Part shown: piece after piece, positions 62,643-64,000 of the stretch
Layout: the number at the start of each line of letters is the position of its first letter
Position numbering within the stretch: the first letter of the stretch is position 1
Origin: Octopus sinensis
Lineage: Eukaryota
Direction: 5' to 3'
NCBI RefSeq assembly: GCF_006345805.1
Contig: NW_021833433.1
Coordinates: 10,917-74,916, forward strand
Length of the DNA stretch: 64,000 bases
Made by a program: the position numbers and the translations under genes
The notes under the pieces: model-generated
What the model was told of the DNA's origin: nothing
The model's database searches: none
What the model saw: the letters and a program-made list of their open reading frames with translations, nothing else

Positions 62643-62970
62643 GTATATATATGTATAGACACGTAAAAGCACCATCCGTTCGTGGCCGTTGTGCCAGCTC
62701 TGTCTGGCAACTGTGCAGGTGGCACGTAAAAAGCACCATCTGACCGTGGCCATTTGCCAGTCCCGTCTGGCAACTGTGCAGGTGGCACGTAAAAAACACC
62801 CACTACACTCGCGGAGTGGTTGGCGTTAGGAAGGGCATCCAGCCGTAGAAACACTGCCAAATCTGACTGGGCCTGATGAAGCCTTCCAGCTTCACAGACC
62901 CCAGTTAAACCGTCCAACCCATGCTAGCATGGAAAACGGACGCTAAATGATGATGATGATGATGATGATG

Positions 62971-63003
<33 letters not shown>

Positions 63004-63096
63004 TATATTAATTATATTTATATTATTTGTTATTTATGTATTGGTTTATTGTCTATCACTGTTTGAGTTGCATAATAGTGGTTTTATCTCTAATTC

Positions 63097-63128
<32 letters not shown>

Positions 63129-64000
63129 CAGAGAGAGAGAAAGAGTAAGACCCAGTTATACACAAGGTGAACAGTATGTTTTTTGAAGTGGATCACAATA
63201 TTTCTTTTTGAGGTTATGATGACATTTGCTTATTTCAAAGAATATGGTGTGCGTATTGATCACGAGTTTTTCACAATCATGCTATCTAAATCTATTTCAT
63301 CTTTTTTCTCTTATGATATTTTCACCCATCAGATATTCTTTTGATCGTTATTGTTATTATTATTGTTATTATTAAGACGGTAAGCTTGCAGAATCAAATC
63401 GAGAACAGGGGGTCATGGTCCTCAACTACCATTCTCCCCTAAAAATTTACTGACTCCGTGCCCAAAATTTCAAACAACCATTATTATACTAGTATTAGAA
63501 TGCTTAGTGGCATTTTGTTTGTCTTTTCATTCTGGGTTCAAATTCTGCCAAGGTCGACTTTGCCTTTCATCCTTTCGAGGTCAATAAATTAAGTACCAGT
63601 TAGAATTTTCTTCAGGTTCAGTGGCCCATCTTGCTCAAAACGTTTCTGAATAAGGGTTGTTTAAGGATGTTGAACAGAACCACCCATGTTTCCAGAGGTG
63701 AATTATCCAAACCCCAAAGAATTCCTTTCAACACATGGCTATGATGCTCCTCAACTACTTCTGCTCGTGATCAGAGATGCACATATCGTCAGCCACTAAG
63801 GGACATGCTCAACTGGTTAAGGTCAAACAACTGACAAGCAAATCTGTGGTATTGAGCAGAATATTTGCTGTAGCCCATCTTTTACACCAAGACAAAACAA
63901 TGTACATGATAACACTTCCAATAAGTCGTCGTCGTCGTCATTATTATTGGATGAAGAGATCTCGGATTGTGCGAGCTCTGATTCCAACAAAGGAGAATGG

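Noticed and set aside
63600-63920. Unique-looking segment containing CTGACGA on the minus strand
   Set aside because: No pairing consistent with a hammerhead and no supportable ORF. It is probably a dispersed repeat that cannot be classified here.

Overview
Animal genomic DNA, about 90% repeats by eye. The SINE and microsatellite landscape resembles a coleoid cephalopod, most likely Octopus (inference from recalled repeat families, no database search). Only one host protein-coding exon is supportable: a minus-strand BTB-domain exon of a KLHL1/4/5-type kelch-like gene (15208-15524, AG/GT bounded). Much of the rest is therefore probably intron or flank of that gene. The window also holds a decayed DD34D mariner riddled with piggyBac-type (TTAA) MITEs, CR1- and RTE-type LINE 3' fragments, at least three tRNA-derived SINE families, hAT-, Merlin-, Tc1- and Helitron-like non-autonomous elements, SINE-derived minisatellites and very long microsatellites. 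Almost all ORFs in the supplied track are microsatellite or SINE artefacts. The strongest unexplained signal is a set of at least eight type I hammerhead-ribozyme-like motifs from five or six sequence-unrelated repeat families. They have palindromic helix III, the dimer-type architecture known from Penelope-like elements and retrozymes, and three keep fully canonical core boxes. Other notable items: MITE multimers that moved with a fixed 16-bp spacer, a tandemly duplicated splice acceptor in front of the kelch exon, a tRNA-Ser/CR1 chimera, and a TIR element with 19-bp flanking direct repeats.
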